In this document: piece by piece, positions 19,417 to 28,368 of the stretch
How the letters are laid out: the number at the start of each line of letters is the position of its first letter
Position numbering within the stretch: the stretch's first letter is position 1
Virus genome (UHGV): UHGV-0087833
Reading direction: 5' to 3' (one strand)
Length of the DNA stretch: 39,497 nt
Source: a virus
Notes under the pieces: generated by a model
What the model saw: the letters and a program-made list of their open reading frames with translations, nothing else
What the model was told of the DNA's origin: nothing
Databases searched by the model: none
Translations under genes and position numbers: made by a program

Positions 19417-19752
19417 TTACACGCCCAGTTCTTTGCGCTTATCTGCGATTTTCTCGCGAAGCGTTTCGGCTTTGGCGTTATGGTGCGGCTTCTCGTTAAA
19501 GAGCAGTTCATACTCTTCGCGGATCTTATCCAGATCGCCATCTTCGGCTGCATCGTTGATGGGTTTGGCACTGGTTACGGTTTCTGCTGCTTTACCTGTA
19601 ACCTTTGCTTTCGCCGCCTTCGCTGCATCGTTGATGGGCTCCAGTGCACTACCTGGCTCGCCGTCGTATTCAATTTCAGAGCCCTCCGGCCACAGGTTAT
19701 TGTGGATATGAGAGAGGCGCAGAACGCGGTACTTCGGTTTCTCACCTGACAT
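19417..19752 (-). CDS. Hypothetical head-associated protein
   Basis: 111-aa ORF between capsid-proximal genes. Confidence 0.4.
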   Translation of the reverse strand: MSGEKPKYRVLRLSHIHNNLWPEGSEIEYDGEPGSALEPINDAAKAAKAKVTGKAAETVTSAKPINDAAEDGDLDKIREEYELLFNEKPHHNAKAETLREKIADKRKELGV

Positions 19753-19762
19753 CGATATCCCC

Positions 19763-20200
19763 TTAGCCGGTTACTTTGGAGCGGATCGGATACGGCGTAT
19801 TTGCATCAACATCCAGGTTAATGCCGGAAGTGAATTTGCCGGCCGTTAGTGGGCCAGTTGCGACGGAGTAGTTAACACGCAGATATCGCTGAACACCGGC
19901 AGGCACCTTTGCAGAAACAACTCGTTTACCTGCTGTCAGGGTAGCCTTTGCCAGTGCGCCACTATCATAAATAGTGGACCATGAGCTGTTATTCTCACTC
20001 GTCTGCAACTGGATGTTTACAGTTGCCTCACCACTTGCCGTGGCGGCTTCGTTAACCAGCGCCCAAAACTCAAGCGGGTAACCCACGCCGATATCGCGAC
20101 GATTTCCATCAATTGGACCGAGATCGATTACGTCAGTAGAAGCCGCGGTATCAGTTACCGCCTGTGCTTCGGAGAACATCAACAGTTTGTCGGTGATCAT
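19763..20200 (-). CDS. Hypothetical capsid-associated protein (decoration-like)
   Basis: 145 aa immediately downstream of major capsid gene. Confidence 0.4.
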   Translation of the reverse strand: MITDKLLMFSEAQAVTDTAASTDVIDLGPIDGNRRDIGVGYPLEFWALVNEAATASGEATVNIQLQTSENNSSWSTIYDSGALAKATLTAGKRVVSAKVPAGVQRYLRVNYSVATGPLTAGKFTSGINLDVDANTPYPIRSKVTG

Positions 20201-20251
20201 CTTCTTTCTCCATTAGTGGGTCTGTTACGACCCACTGGTTAATAACAGGCG

Positions 20252-21244
20252 TTACACCACACGGGCTTCTGTTTCCAGAAGCGCATCAGTTTCACGGATT
20301 GGTACACCACGGAATGAAGTCCACCACTCGCCTTCTGTCTCTTTTACGCTGATCGCCAGAGATGTTTTCTCCAGAGATTGCAGATCAAGAGCCTGGCCTA
20401 CAGTGCGGTTCATGTAGAACACCGGGCGACCCATTCCACGGTTTGGAATGCGATGCAGTGCTTTAACCATCAACTTCGCAATATTTGCGGCAGAGGAAGG
20501 TTCTGAAAGATTGCTGACATCGATGTTTGCAATGCGAACAACATAACGCCAGTCACGCAGAGCAAGTCCGTTGTCCCATTTGTAATGGGTGCGATAGCCT
20601 TCGTACTTGCCGCCATTAGCATCTTCCAGTGTCACCTGGCCTTTATCTTCCATCTGGATGCCAGCCTTCTTCCCTTTCGGGAAGATGCCATGCACGGTGT
20701 TTTCGCCCCACACCACTAACCAGATTGAGGTGTTATCTGTACCCGTGCCACCAGCATCAATGATGTTCTGAGCATTACCCGCAGACAGGCTGGAATAGCG
20801 GGAGGACAGTCCCATAAACTGCTGAGGGTTAACGCTGGAATCACCATAAAACAGTGTCTGCGCCATCTGCTGATTCATCGCTTCAATAAATGCGCGGTCT
20901 TCAGACAGGCGGAATTCGGCGGTATTACCGTTCAGATCAGCCAGTGACTTATCGACTTCAGCATAGGTTTCCAGCATGCCCACGGAATCGGTTACCTGCA
21001 CTGTGGTTGATTTGCTTGGCTGTACGCCATAGTTCAGCAAACGCCAGGTAGCTGAAGGTAAACCAGAACGAATGGTGGTTCGGTGTCCGGTAGGAAGGTT
21101 CCCTTCGACAAAAGGCATATCCTGAAGGATCGGGTTAGTTTGACCGAGAAGCTCGATAATCTTATCGACTTTCCCGTTTGGATCGACGCGCTTACCCCAG
21201 TCAGCCAGCGTTAGCGCAGTTAAGCCTTTAACAGACATTGTCAT
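20252..21244 (-). CDS. Major capsid protein
   Basis: 330 aa following scaffold-like gene and portal. Confidence 0.7.
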   Translation of the reverse strand: MTMSVKGLTALTLADWGKRVDPNGKVDKIIELLGQTNPILQDMPFVEGNLPTGHRTTIRSGLPSATWRLLNYGVQPSKSTTVQVTDSVGMLETYAEVDKSLADLNGNTAEFRLSEDRAFIEAMNQQMAQTLFYGDSSVNPQQFMGLSSRYSSLSAGNAQNIIDAGGTGTDNTSIWLVVWGENTVHGIFPKGKKAGIQMEDKGQVTLEDANGGKYEGYRTHYKWDNGLALRDWRYVVRIANIDVSNLSEPSSAANIAKLMVKALHRIPNRGMGRPVFYMNRTVGQALDLQSLEKTSLAISVKETEGEWWTSFRGVPIRETDALLETEARVV

Positions 21245-21252
21245 TTCCTCTC

Positions 21253-21954
21253 TTATTTGCCATAGAGCACTTCGGCCGCACTACGCTGGCCTTCATTACC
21301 ACCGGTGACCATGCCATCTTCAGACATCGCCTTTCCGATTTTCACGAACGTTTTGACCAGATCAGGGTGATTACCCAGCCCGGTGGTGTTCAGATATTCT
21401 TTGAGTTCAGGTGTCCCGAACTGGTCAAGCGCACGCTGTGCGGCGCTAAGGTTAGAAATCAACTTGTCGCCACCGATTTCTTTGTCAGCTTTTACATCCG
21501 CAGCCCACTGCTCGGTTGTTTTCTGCCAGGCTTCTGCCTGGCGCTGCTGAACACCTGCCAGAATCTTCGGATAAGCATCAACCAGCTTTTGCGCTTGCTC
21601 GTTGGTCAGGTTTAGTTCTCGCGCCACCGGCTCGAATTCCTTCAACGCTTCTGTATCCAGCTCTACGCCTTCGGCAGCCTGAAACTCGTACTTCTCAGGC
21701 GCACCATCTGGTTTATCGCCGTCCTTTTTTTCATCCTGCTTATCGTTTTCAGGCTTTTTGTCATCAGCAGGTTTATCGCCATCAGCAACAGGTTGTGGCT
21801 TATCACCTTCCGGTTGTGATGGATCACCAACTGGAGCAGGGTTATCACCTGCAGGCGCTGACGGTTCTGACGCAGCCGGAGCTGCTCCACCATCGACTGG
21901 TTGCTCATTGCAAAGACGGCGATACAGCAAACGCTCAAATAAATTCATGATCAC
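21253..21954 (-). CDS. Scaffolding-like protein
   Basis: 233 aa, acidic, Pro/Asp/Lys low-complexity N-terminal half, helical C-terminus; between portal and capsid. Confidence 0.5.
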   Translation of the reverse strand: MIMNLFERLLYRRLCNEQPVDGGAAPAASEPSAPAGDNPAPVGDPSQPEGDKPQPVADGDKPADDKKPENDKQDEKKDGDKPDGAPEKYEFQAAEGVELDTEALKEFEPVARELNLTNEQAQKLVDAYPKILAGVQQRQAEAWQKTTEQWAADVKADKEIGGDKLISNLSAAQRALDQFGTPELKEYLNTTGLGNHPDLVKTFVKIGKAMSEDGMVTGGNEGQRSAAEVLYGK

Positions 21955-22247
21955 TCCTGTTCACTGGCCTCTTTGGCCATCTTCAAATACTGTTCAGGGC
22001 AATGCGCCATAACGCGCTGAAACAGTTCCAGCGCCAGATTGCGTTGCCCCTCATTAAATGCCATTGCCATAGCGTCCATCGGTGAGATAGCGGAAAACAC
22101 ACGGCCTTTCTCCAGCACCGACCAGACAACGCGACGCCCCTGTTCACTGCTCATGACAAAGCGAATGTCATCAATTTCACGCTGTGCCATGTCACGTTGC
22201 TTACGGGCGTTTTCTTCTTTCAGTTGATCATCTTCGTAATCTGTCAT
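21951..22247 (-). CDS. Hypothetical head morphogenesis protein
   Basis: 98 aa, overlaps portal stop and scaffold start. Confidence 0.4.
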   Translation of the reverse strand: MTDYEDDQLKEENARKQRDMAQREIDDIRFVMSSEQGRRVVWSVLEKGRVFSAISPMDAMAMAFNEGQRNLALELFQRVMAHCPEQYLKMAKEASEQE

Positions 22248-23923
22248 TGTGATTGCCCACCCTGACCACTAACTGCATTCGCCATAGCTGACAAAACACT
22301 CGGATCCGAAGTTTTAGCTTCGCTTAGCGTCTTGGCGCCCTGTGCCGCCGCCATTCCCATCGCCATCATTTGTTGCTGCTGTTGCTGCTGTGCCCGTTGC
22401 TGGCGAGCCTGCTCAACCTGTTCCTGCGGAACAATGACGGTTGGAGACACTCCGGACATATCAGCGAATGCATCGATCGCCTGATCAACATTGAGTTTGT
22501 CGAGAGCTTCTGGTTTCGCTTGCGCAAGTTGACCAATGAAGTTGACCGTAGACGCCAGACTGGACAGGCCGATAGACTTCTGCGCCTGAGCCATGACGGA
22601 AATGTATTCGACCTTCAGGGGCATACCTTCCATCGCGTCAGGCGGTGGCGGCAGCATGTTTTTACGCACCATCATCGAGAAAGCGCGGTCAATGAGAGGA
22701 TTAAGACATTCGTCGTTCAGACGCTCCAGAACCGGCCCCAACATCAGAAGTTTTTCTTCTTTCATTTCGATCACCGCTTCAACAGGCATCGAGCGGGTAT
22801 TGATGTTCTGCAACATCATGAACAGATCGACAAAGTAGGCGCTGTTAATGATTTGACGAGTGTCCTGAATGTCTGCCACCAAATCTGCTGTACTGGGGTT
22901 AACCAGATAAGCAGGCCTGAAGCCATCCTGACCAGTAATCTGATCGATATACGTGATGTCGCCAGGAAGAAGGGAGGCGCGCTGATTCTTGAGGGAAGTC
23001 GGAGCAACCATCGGCGGATTGGTGGCTTTATCAATCAACTGCGACTTGCGCTTCTGGAGAAGCTGCAATGCCTTAACAGGTCCAAGCGCCAGCATACCCG
23101 GGCATGATGATCCATAAACATCTTCGCCGTTAACTTCCCAGCGCGGAGCCATAATTGGAAACTCATCGAATCCGGACTCACGCAACAACTTGTCGTTATC
23201 TCCACCAACCTCGTAATAAACCGATTTGAATGGCTTGTTCTTGCTATCCAGCTTCGATGTATCGCGGTCAATGTTCGGGTAAACCGAATGCATCACTTCG
23301 ATCCACTTCTCGTAGGTGCCGCTTTCCCACATGCTTTTTACGGATTCGCTGACGTTATTTAGTCCGAATTCCTGAACAAGCTGACGAACAGTCATAGAGA
23401 ACTTGCGAAAACAGGTGTCCACACTGCCACGAGGTGAGTTAGCCAGGTAGTAACTGCCTATCGGGAATGGCATTGTGCGAATGATGTCCTCGTCATCCTC
23501 CAGCACTGCCATTGCACCAGTGCTGTATGTGCCGAGGCTTCCGTATAACTGCGGAAGAGACTGGTAGAGATTCGACTTATTGAACATATCGTTCATGCGG
23601 TTCTGAACTGCCTCAAGCCACAACTTAACAGGGCCATAATCCATCATTTCAGGATCTGGCGTAGCCAGGCGAAACCACGGACGCGCAGGGCTTGTGATGC
23701 CTGACATCATGCCGCTGGCGAGAGTGCGCGCCGCCATAGTCCCGGTCGAATCAATAATGCGTGTATTGCGTCGATCGTTACGGTTGACCTCAGAAGTCAG
23801 AAAGCGGGAACCACGCGGGTTGATGTAATCACTCAACTCGCGCCAGTGCGGCTCGAACGACTGACGCTCGCTTTCAAGTTGTGCGAACTGTTTGTTCAAT
23901 CGCTCTTTAGTTGTTTCCGCCAT
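22244..23923 (-). CDS. Portal protein
   Basis: 559 aa following large terminase; poly-Gln tract near C-terminus. Confidence 0.8.
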   Translation of the reverse strand: MAETTKERLNKQFAQLESERQSFEPHWRELSDYINPRGSRFLTSEVNRNDRRNTRIIDSTGTMAARTLASGMMSGITSPARPWFRLATPDPEMMDYGPVKLWLEAVQNRMNDMFNKSNLYQSLPQLYGSLGTYSTGAMAVLEDDEDIIRTMPFPIGSYYLANSPRGSVDTCFRKFSMTVRQLVQEFGLNNVSESVKSMWESGTYEKWIEVMHSVYPNIDRDTSKLDSKNKPFKSVYYEVGGDNDKLLRESGFDEFPIMAPRWEVNGEDVYGSSCPGMLALGPVKALQLLQKRKSQLIDKATNPPMVAPTSLKNQRASLLPGDITYIDQITGQDGFRPAYLVNPSTADLVADIQDTRQIINSAYFVDLFMMLQNINTRSMPVEAVIEMKEEKLLMLGPVLERLNDECLNPLIDRAFSMMVRKNMLPPPPDAMEGMPLKVEYISVMAQAQKSIGLSSLASTVNFIGQLAQAKPEALDKLNVDQAIDAFADMSGVSPTVIVPQEQVEQARQQRAQQQQQQQMMAMGMAAAQGAKTLSEAKTSDPSVLSAMANAVSGQGGQSQ

Positions 23924-23937
23924 TTCAATGACTCCGG

Positions 23938-24144
23938 TTACTGACCAAGCAGCGTTTTACCGCTGGTATTAGCGGTTGATGTGTCGCCCTGAGAACCGGT
24001 AAGCAGCGTAGAACTACGACCAGCAGCAGCGCGACGGCGACGTGTTTCTTCGTCGCGGGCATCAACAACGGCGGCATCCTGCTCCTGTGGTGCTGCCTGA
24101 ACTTCTGGTGTTGCAGGCACTGATGGTGAGCTACCCATGCACAT
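23938..24144 (-). CDS. Small hypothetical protein upstream of portal
   Basis: 68 aa, low-complexity, GC-rich; GGAG RBS; could be non-coding. Confidence 0.3.
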   Translation of the reverse strand: MCMGSSPSVPATPEVQAAPQEQDAAVVDARDEETRRRRAAAGRSSTLLTGSQGDTSTANTSGKTLLGQ

Positions 24145-24234
24145 ATCAATGACTCCGTACGCAATTAAATCATTACCAATTTAACCACATATGATTTATT
24201 TATCGTAGAATGTTGACATTTAACGCGTGAATTA

Positions 24235-24249
24235 TTACCTTTCAGGTAA
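24235..24249. promoter_or_regulatory. Operator palindrome TTACC-tttca-GGTAA (site 4) next to TTGACA
   Basis: Perfect inverted repeat; TTGACA at 24213-24218. Confidence 0.55.
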
Positions 24250-24571
24250 CTAAAGAGCTCATTCTGGTTACTAACCTGACTGGCTTGTCGTTAAATTAAA
24301 CAGGTGGAGTGAGCTTTTATTTTGAGCAGTACGGCGTATGGCACATGCGCCGATAGCGGTCTGGATACGTTTAAGGGGCACCCTCCCTTGCTCGGGCAAA
24401 CGAACCAGGTAGCCGGAATGTGCAAGTCGAGCGGTTTTATTCCGCGCACGGGGATTCACCATCCCGGCGATTCGGTGTGACGCCTCGGAAGAGACGAGGG
24501 TACAACGATGAGAGCATTTATGGAGCCGCGACAAAGTGTGGCGCCTTAACAGGCTAAGTGCTCTCAGCGTT

Positions 24572-24648
24572 GTGGCATTAGCTCAGTCGGACAGAGCAAC
24601 CGCCTTCTAAGCGGTTGGTCGCAGGTTCGAATCCTGCATGCCACGCCA
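24572..24648 (+). tRNA. tRNA-Arg (anticodon UCU, reads AGA)
   Basis: 7-bp acceptor stem GTGGCAT/ATGCCAC, T-loop GGTTCGAATCC, anticodon loop CTTCTAA, encoded CCA. Confidence 0.9.
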
Positions 24649-24846
24649 GAATCACGCCTAAGGACCGTGATGCCAGAAGTTCCAGGGGCTTGGCGGTGAT
24701 GGTTTCCCTTGAAGGACTATCACCGCCCTTTTTACAGCAGGACGCCATTGCGATGACTTCATGCTGTAAACCCGTACAGCCACGGAAGGCATAACTCATT
24801 GCTTCCAGTTCGCCCGGTTCGCCGGGCATTTTTTTAAGGTGAGATT

Positions 24847-25218
24847 ATGAACGACAAGCAAATCGAAAAAGAAATCGTTGAGAAAGGCAAAACGGCACCG
24901 CGCGTTACGCCAGACCATATCGAAGGCATTATTGCTCAGGAGGCATATTTCACAGCAGAAGATGGTGCCTTTGGCAAAGCCATAAAAGCGAAACATACTG
25001 GCGGAGAGGTAAACTACCAGCCGCACGAATCACTTTCTCTGCTGACGTTCTGCGTCCTGGTGCTGCGCAACGGCTTCACCGTCACCGGAGAGAGCGCCTG
25101 TGCAAGCCCGGAAAACTTTGATGCAGAAATTGGTCGGAAGATTGCCCGGCAGAATGCTGTAAACAAAATCTGGATGCTCGAAGGTTACTTGCTGAAGCAG
25201 AAGCTAAGCGAGCAATAA
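24847..25218 (+). CDS. Phage protein, Gp49-like
   Basis: 123 aa with AAGGTGAG RBS; family assignment from memory. Confidence 0.5.
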   Translation: MNDKQIEKEIVEKGKTAPRVTPDHIEGIIAQEAYFTAEDGAFGKAIKAKHTGGEVNYQPHESLSLLTFCVLVLRNGFTVTGESACASPENFDAEIGRKIARQNAVNKIWMLEGYLLKQKLSEQ

Positions 25219-25222
25219 CACC

Positions 25223-25234
25223 GTGACATGTCAC
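25223..25234. repeat. Perfect palindrome GTGACATGTCAC (copy 2 of 3)
   Basis: Sits 4 bp after the Gp49-like stop and 4 bp before terminator hairpin. Confidence 0.8.
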
Positions 25235-25238
25235 AAAC

Positions 25239-25265
25239 AGCCAGCCGATGAGCTGGCTTTGTTTT
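25239..25265 (+). terminator. Rho-independent terminator of the tRNA / Gp49-like unit
   Basis: AGCCAGC-cgatga-GCTGGCT followed by TTGTTTT. Confidence 0.7.
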
Positions 25266-25308
25266 ATCCTCATCAGAGGATATCAACGACATTATCCCCA
25301 CCAGCGGA

Positions 25309-26784
25309 TTAAGCATAGGGATCGTAATCTGTGATGGCCTTGCCTTGCTGGTTCTGCTGCCCGGGAATTCGCAGACGCTTCGACACAGGGAACGCAAACG
25401 TCAGCAGTAGCGCATCGCCTTTACCAGGCGAACGCCCAAGCCGCTCCTTGATATCTTCCTTCGGTTCGATAACGATTTTACCGTCCACTCGAACTTTGTA
25501 CTCTGCCGCCGACAGATCGTCCGCTGTTTCCTGGTCATCCAGCATCCCGCCCAGCCTCAGCCATGTCTTGCATGAGTTGAACATCTCCCCACGCTTGTTG
25601 AGCATCTGCTGGTCAGTAGACGCGCCACCGAACGGAACAAGTTGCCATGTACGACCCCAGCCGTCACCGATTGACTTCAAACCGGTTCCGTAACCGAAGT
25701 CGATGAACACCGCGTCAGCCTGATACTGGTCTTCAAAGTCAGCGATACGCTTCGCCATAATCAGATCGTCGGTAGTCTTGTTGCCAGTCCACAGCACCTT
25801 ACTGTGTAGCCCCTGCCGCAGGTATATCACAGCGTCATCAACGCCGGAGTATGCCGGGTCAACGCCGATTATCACCGGAGCATGTGCAACCTGCGCAGCG
25901 GTGACCACCCGTTTCATTGCCTCGTCAGTAAGTCCGGTAGGGATAAACTGCAATTCAGATGCATCCGGGAATATGCCGCGCACACGGATTTTAACGAAGT
26001 CGCTGTCTTCCCCGTAGTCATCAACCCATTTCTGCAACTGCTGTTTGTTAGTGCCTTCCACCGTCCGGCTGTCAATCTGCGCAGTTTTCCAGCGGTGTTT
26101 ATATTTGCGGAAACATTCGCGGAAACGCCCGGTGTTACGTGTAGGGTTTCCGAACGCCACCCAGATAATCTCAGTGTCTTCGTCCGTAAGCGCACCCTCA
26201 GCAACTTCCCACACCAGATCCGCAATGTTCGACGCTTCATCGAATACCACGATGATGCGTTTGCGCTCGTTGTGTAGTCCGGCGAATGCCTCAGTGTTGT
26301 GCTCAGACCAGGGGATTGCGTCAGCTCGCCACCGCTTGTCGTGCCCAGGATCATTGCTGTACATCGCGGTAGCGGTACAGGTAAACCAGTCTTTCGTGAT
26401 AGCAAGGTTCGACCACTTGATAATTTCCGGCCAGGTCTTCGTTCGTAGCTGGTTGTCGGTGTTGGCGGTCACCACGACCTTACAATCCTCGCAAGTGGAC
26501 ATGCCCCAGTTGATCAGCATTGAGATGAATGCGGATTTACCAATACCGTGACCAGAAGCGCGTGCCAGCATAAGCGGCTGATAGCGCGTCGCTGGATTCT
26601 GCAGGTGATCACGTATCTCTCGGAACGCATCAGCCTGCCACTGACGTGGGCCGGTAGCATGTGCCAGTTCAGTCCCTTCTTCCCCCCACGGGAACGCATA
26701 GAGGGCATAGCCAAGCGGATCGTGAGTGAACCCTGCAATATCCTCGATCAACTGCTCTTCAGGAGATAACGCTGTATCTGTCAC
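25309..26784 (-). CDS. Terminase large subunit
   Basis: 491 aa; Walker A-like ASGHGIGKS; acidic nuclease-type C-terminal half. Confidence 0.9.
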   Translation of the reverse strand: MTDTALSPEEQLIEDIAGFTHDPLGYALYAFPWGEEGTELAHATGPRQWQADAFREIRDHLQNPATRYQPLMLARASGHGIGKSAFISMLINWGMSTCEDCKVVVTANTDNQLRTKTWPEIIKWSNLAITKDWFTCTATAMYSNDPGHDKRWRADAIPWSEHNTEAFAGLHNERKRIIVVFDEASNIADLVWEVAEGALTDEDTEIIWVAFGNPTRNTGRFRECFRKYKHRWKTAQIDSRTVEGTNKQQLQKWVDDYGEDSDFVKIRVRGIFPDASELQFIPTGLTDEAMKRVVTAAQVAHAPVIIGVDPAYSGVDDAVIYLRQGLHSKVLWTGNKTTDDLIMAKRIADFEDQYQADAVFIDFGYGTGLKSIGDGWGRTWQLVPFGGASTDQQMLNKRGEMFNSCKTWLRLGGMLDDQETADDLSAAEYKVRVDGKIVIEPKEDIKERLGRSPGKGDALLLTFAFPVSKRLRIPGQQNQQGKAITDYDPYA

Positions 26785-27377
26785 TGATTGCCATCCTGAC
26801 GTTCTTTCAGTCTCTTCCTGGCTGCCGCTATGCGATCAGCAATTGTCACATTCACATTAACATCCAGGCGTTCTTTGAACGCGTTGACATCAACATGCTT
26901 ACCAATCAGCTCAAGGTTCTTCACCTTGTCAGGCCATTTAATTTTTTTGAGGATTGTCTCTATCGAATCCTCGTTCATGTTCATGATGGTCGATGACAGA
27001 TCAAAGCCGCTAAGCGTAGTGCGCCAGATTTTCGGCCACTCACGGATTGGTTTAAGGCTCCCATCGTCGTTGAGGATGTCGATCACGTCCATCTGGTCGA
27101 TCTCCACCAGGCGCATGAGAACGTAATCAGCACTGACGCGCATTCGTTTGTTGCGCTCCTCCATCAACTCGGCAATCCGTTTTTGAATGCGTTCATCGCG
27201 CATCATGACACTAGCTTTAACTGCCGCTGTATTTGGAGAGAATCCTGCGTTAATCGCTGCCTGAGTCTGATTTTCAGGCGTTTTGATGTATGACTGGCAA
27301 TAAGCCTCCTGCATTGCTGTTAGTGGCTTAAATTGCGTTGATTTGCGTTTATAGGTTTTAGGTTCAGCAGGCATCAT
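26781..27377 (-). CDS. Terminase small subunit
   Basis: N-terminal LTAMQEAYCQSYIKTPENQTQAAINAGFSP motif; start at ATG 27377 (GGTGG RBS). Confidence 0.8.
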   Translation of the reverse strand: MMPAEPKTYKRKSTQFKPLTAMQEAYCQSYIKTPENQTQAAINAGFSPNTAAVKASVMMRDERIQKRIAELMEERNKRMRVSADYVLMRLVEIDQMDVIDILNDDGSLKPIREWPKIWRTTLSGFDLSSTIMNMNEDSIETILKKIKWPDKVKNLELIGKHVDVNAFKERLDVNVNVTIADRIAAARKRLKERQDGNQ

Positions 27378-27384
27378 AACCACC

Positions 27385-27416
27385 GTGGTAATAGTTACCG
27401 TTGTGGTAATAGTACC
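27385..27416. repeat. Tandem repeat GTGGTAATAGT(T)ACC x2 just upstream of terS
   Basis: Two near-identical 14-15-bp copies, each an internal GGTAA-tag-TTACC palindrome. Confidence 0.6.
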
Positions 27417-27420
27417 ATGC

Positions 27421-27446
27421 AAAATAAAGCCGCCATAGTTGGCGGC
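27421..27446 (-). terminator. Rho-independent terminator upstream of terS on the late-operon strand
   Basis: GCCGCCA-acta-TGGCGGC followed on the minus strand by TTTATTTT. Confidence 0.6.
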
Positions 27447-27487
27447 AGTATTCAAAACCCATCAAATTCATCATGCATAATCTACTC

Positions 27488-27499
27488 GTGACATGTCAC
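27488..27499. repeat. Perfect palindrome GTGACATGTCAC (copy 3 of 3)
   Basis: Overlaps stop codon of the 113-aa gene, about 40 bp before the terminator. Confidence 0.8.
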
Positions 27500-27837
27500 A
27501 CTATTAATTTCGTTTCATGCCAGCCTTTAGTCACCCAGCATTGTGAGTCACCATTACACGGACATGAATTAACTGGAACTCTCTCGCCGCACTTACCGCA
27601 ACGTTTTCTGCTGATCGATTTTATACGCCCGCGCACGCGTGCATCATCCTGGCGGATCAGTAACGCTATATACTCACCAAATTCGTAAGGCGCACGCCCG
27701 GGGCGACGCGTGGCACAGTTACGCTCCAGCATTTCAATTTCCTGAGCATCAAGCACAATTTCCAGCTTACGCACACCAGATGCAGCTTGTCTGGCTCTCT
27801 GAGCGGCTTTGCGCTCTGCTGCTGATTTAGCCATCAA
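27496..27837 (-). CDS. Cys-rich putative regulator in the Q-equivalent position
   Basis: 113 aa; basic N-terminus, C-terminal CGKCGERVPVNSCPCNGDSQCW cluster; last early gene before the late-operon terminator. Confidence 0.4.
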   Translation of the reverse strand: MMAKSAAERKAAQRARQAASGVRKLEIVLDAQEIEMLERNCATRRPGRAPYEFGEYIALLIRQDDARVRGRIKSISRKRCGKCGERVPVNSCPCNGDSQCWVTKGWHETKLIV

Positions 27838-28129
27838 TATTTACCTTTATCGCGAACACATTTACCGGTTTATCGCCGAAGTGCGGATGTGTGATTGTCT
27901 TGATTTCATACCCTTCATACGGGGCGTCTATTCTACGACTGGAATCGTCGCGCTTCGGATATCCCTTTGTGATAATCAGGCGGTCATACTTACGGTTAAC
28001 GAGGCGCTTATTCCAGTAGTCATTACACAAGCGATACTCTTCCGTTTTCTCTCCGCGAATCATGGCATCGAAGTATTCACCTTTGACTGCAAGTTGCAGG
28101 TTAGCCATTACCGCACCTCCAGTCTCCAT
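27827..28129 (-). CDS. Hypothetical protein (possible ASCH-like fold)
   Basis: 100 aa; small beta-rich protein; assignment is weak. Confidence 0.35.
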   Translation of the reverse strand: METGGAVMANLQLAVKGEYFDAMIRGEKTEEYRLCNDYWNKRLVNRKYDRLIITKGYPKRDDSSRRIDAPYEGYEIKTITHPHFGDKPVNVFAIKVNIDG

Positions 28130-28368
28130 ACCGCCTGACCAATCCGGCTGGCATAGGTATCTTTGGATACTGCTCCGTCTTTAGCCAGCTCCATAAGAAT
28201 TTTGCGCAAATCTGCCGAACGCCATTCTTCATCAGGAAATTCCTTCTCCATTGCCAACCGCAAATTCCAGGTTGCCATCCTGAATGGATATTCCCCGCCG
28301 AGAGCTTTATCTTGCAGGGCTGCCCGGGAACGCATCACCTGCAAAACCTTCTCTTTTACATCCATCAT
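28108..28368 (-). CDS. Hypothetical protein
   Basis: 86-aa ORF in early operon, overlapping neighbours. Confidence 0.4.
   Translation of the reverse strand: MMDVKEKVLQVMRSRAALQDKALGGEYPFRMATWNLRLAMEKEFPDEEWRSADLRKILMELAKDGAVSKDTYASRIGQAVWRLEVR

Noticed and set aside
22370-23107. Plus-strand 245-aa ORF and several 60-130-aa ORFs antisense to portal, tailspike, terL and ejection genes
   Set aside because: Shadow ORFs fully contained in long, well-supported minus-strand genes; no independent start signals.
24271-24534. Minus-strand 87-aa ORF upstream of the tRNA
   Set aside because: No RBS, Arg/Ser-rich junk-like composition, antisense to a region that appears transcribed on the plus strand with the tRNA; treated as a non-coding leader.
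26781-27455. Long form of small terminase with N-terminal MNTAANYGGFILHGTITTTVTITTVV
   Set aside because: That extension is the translation of the tandem GGTAATAGTTACC repeats and the terminator; the conserved terS N-terminus begins at ATG 27377, which has its own RBS.
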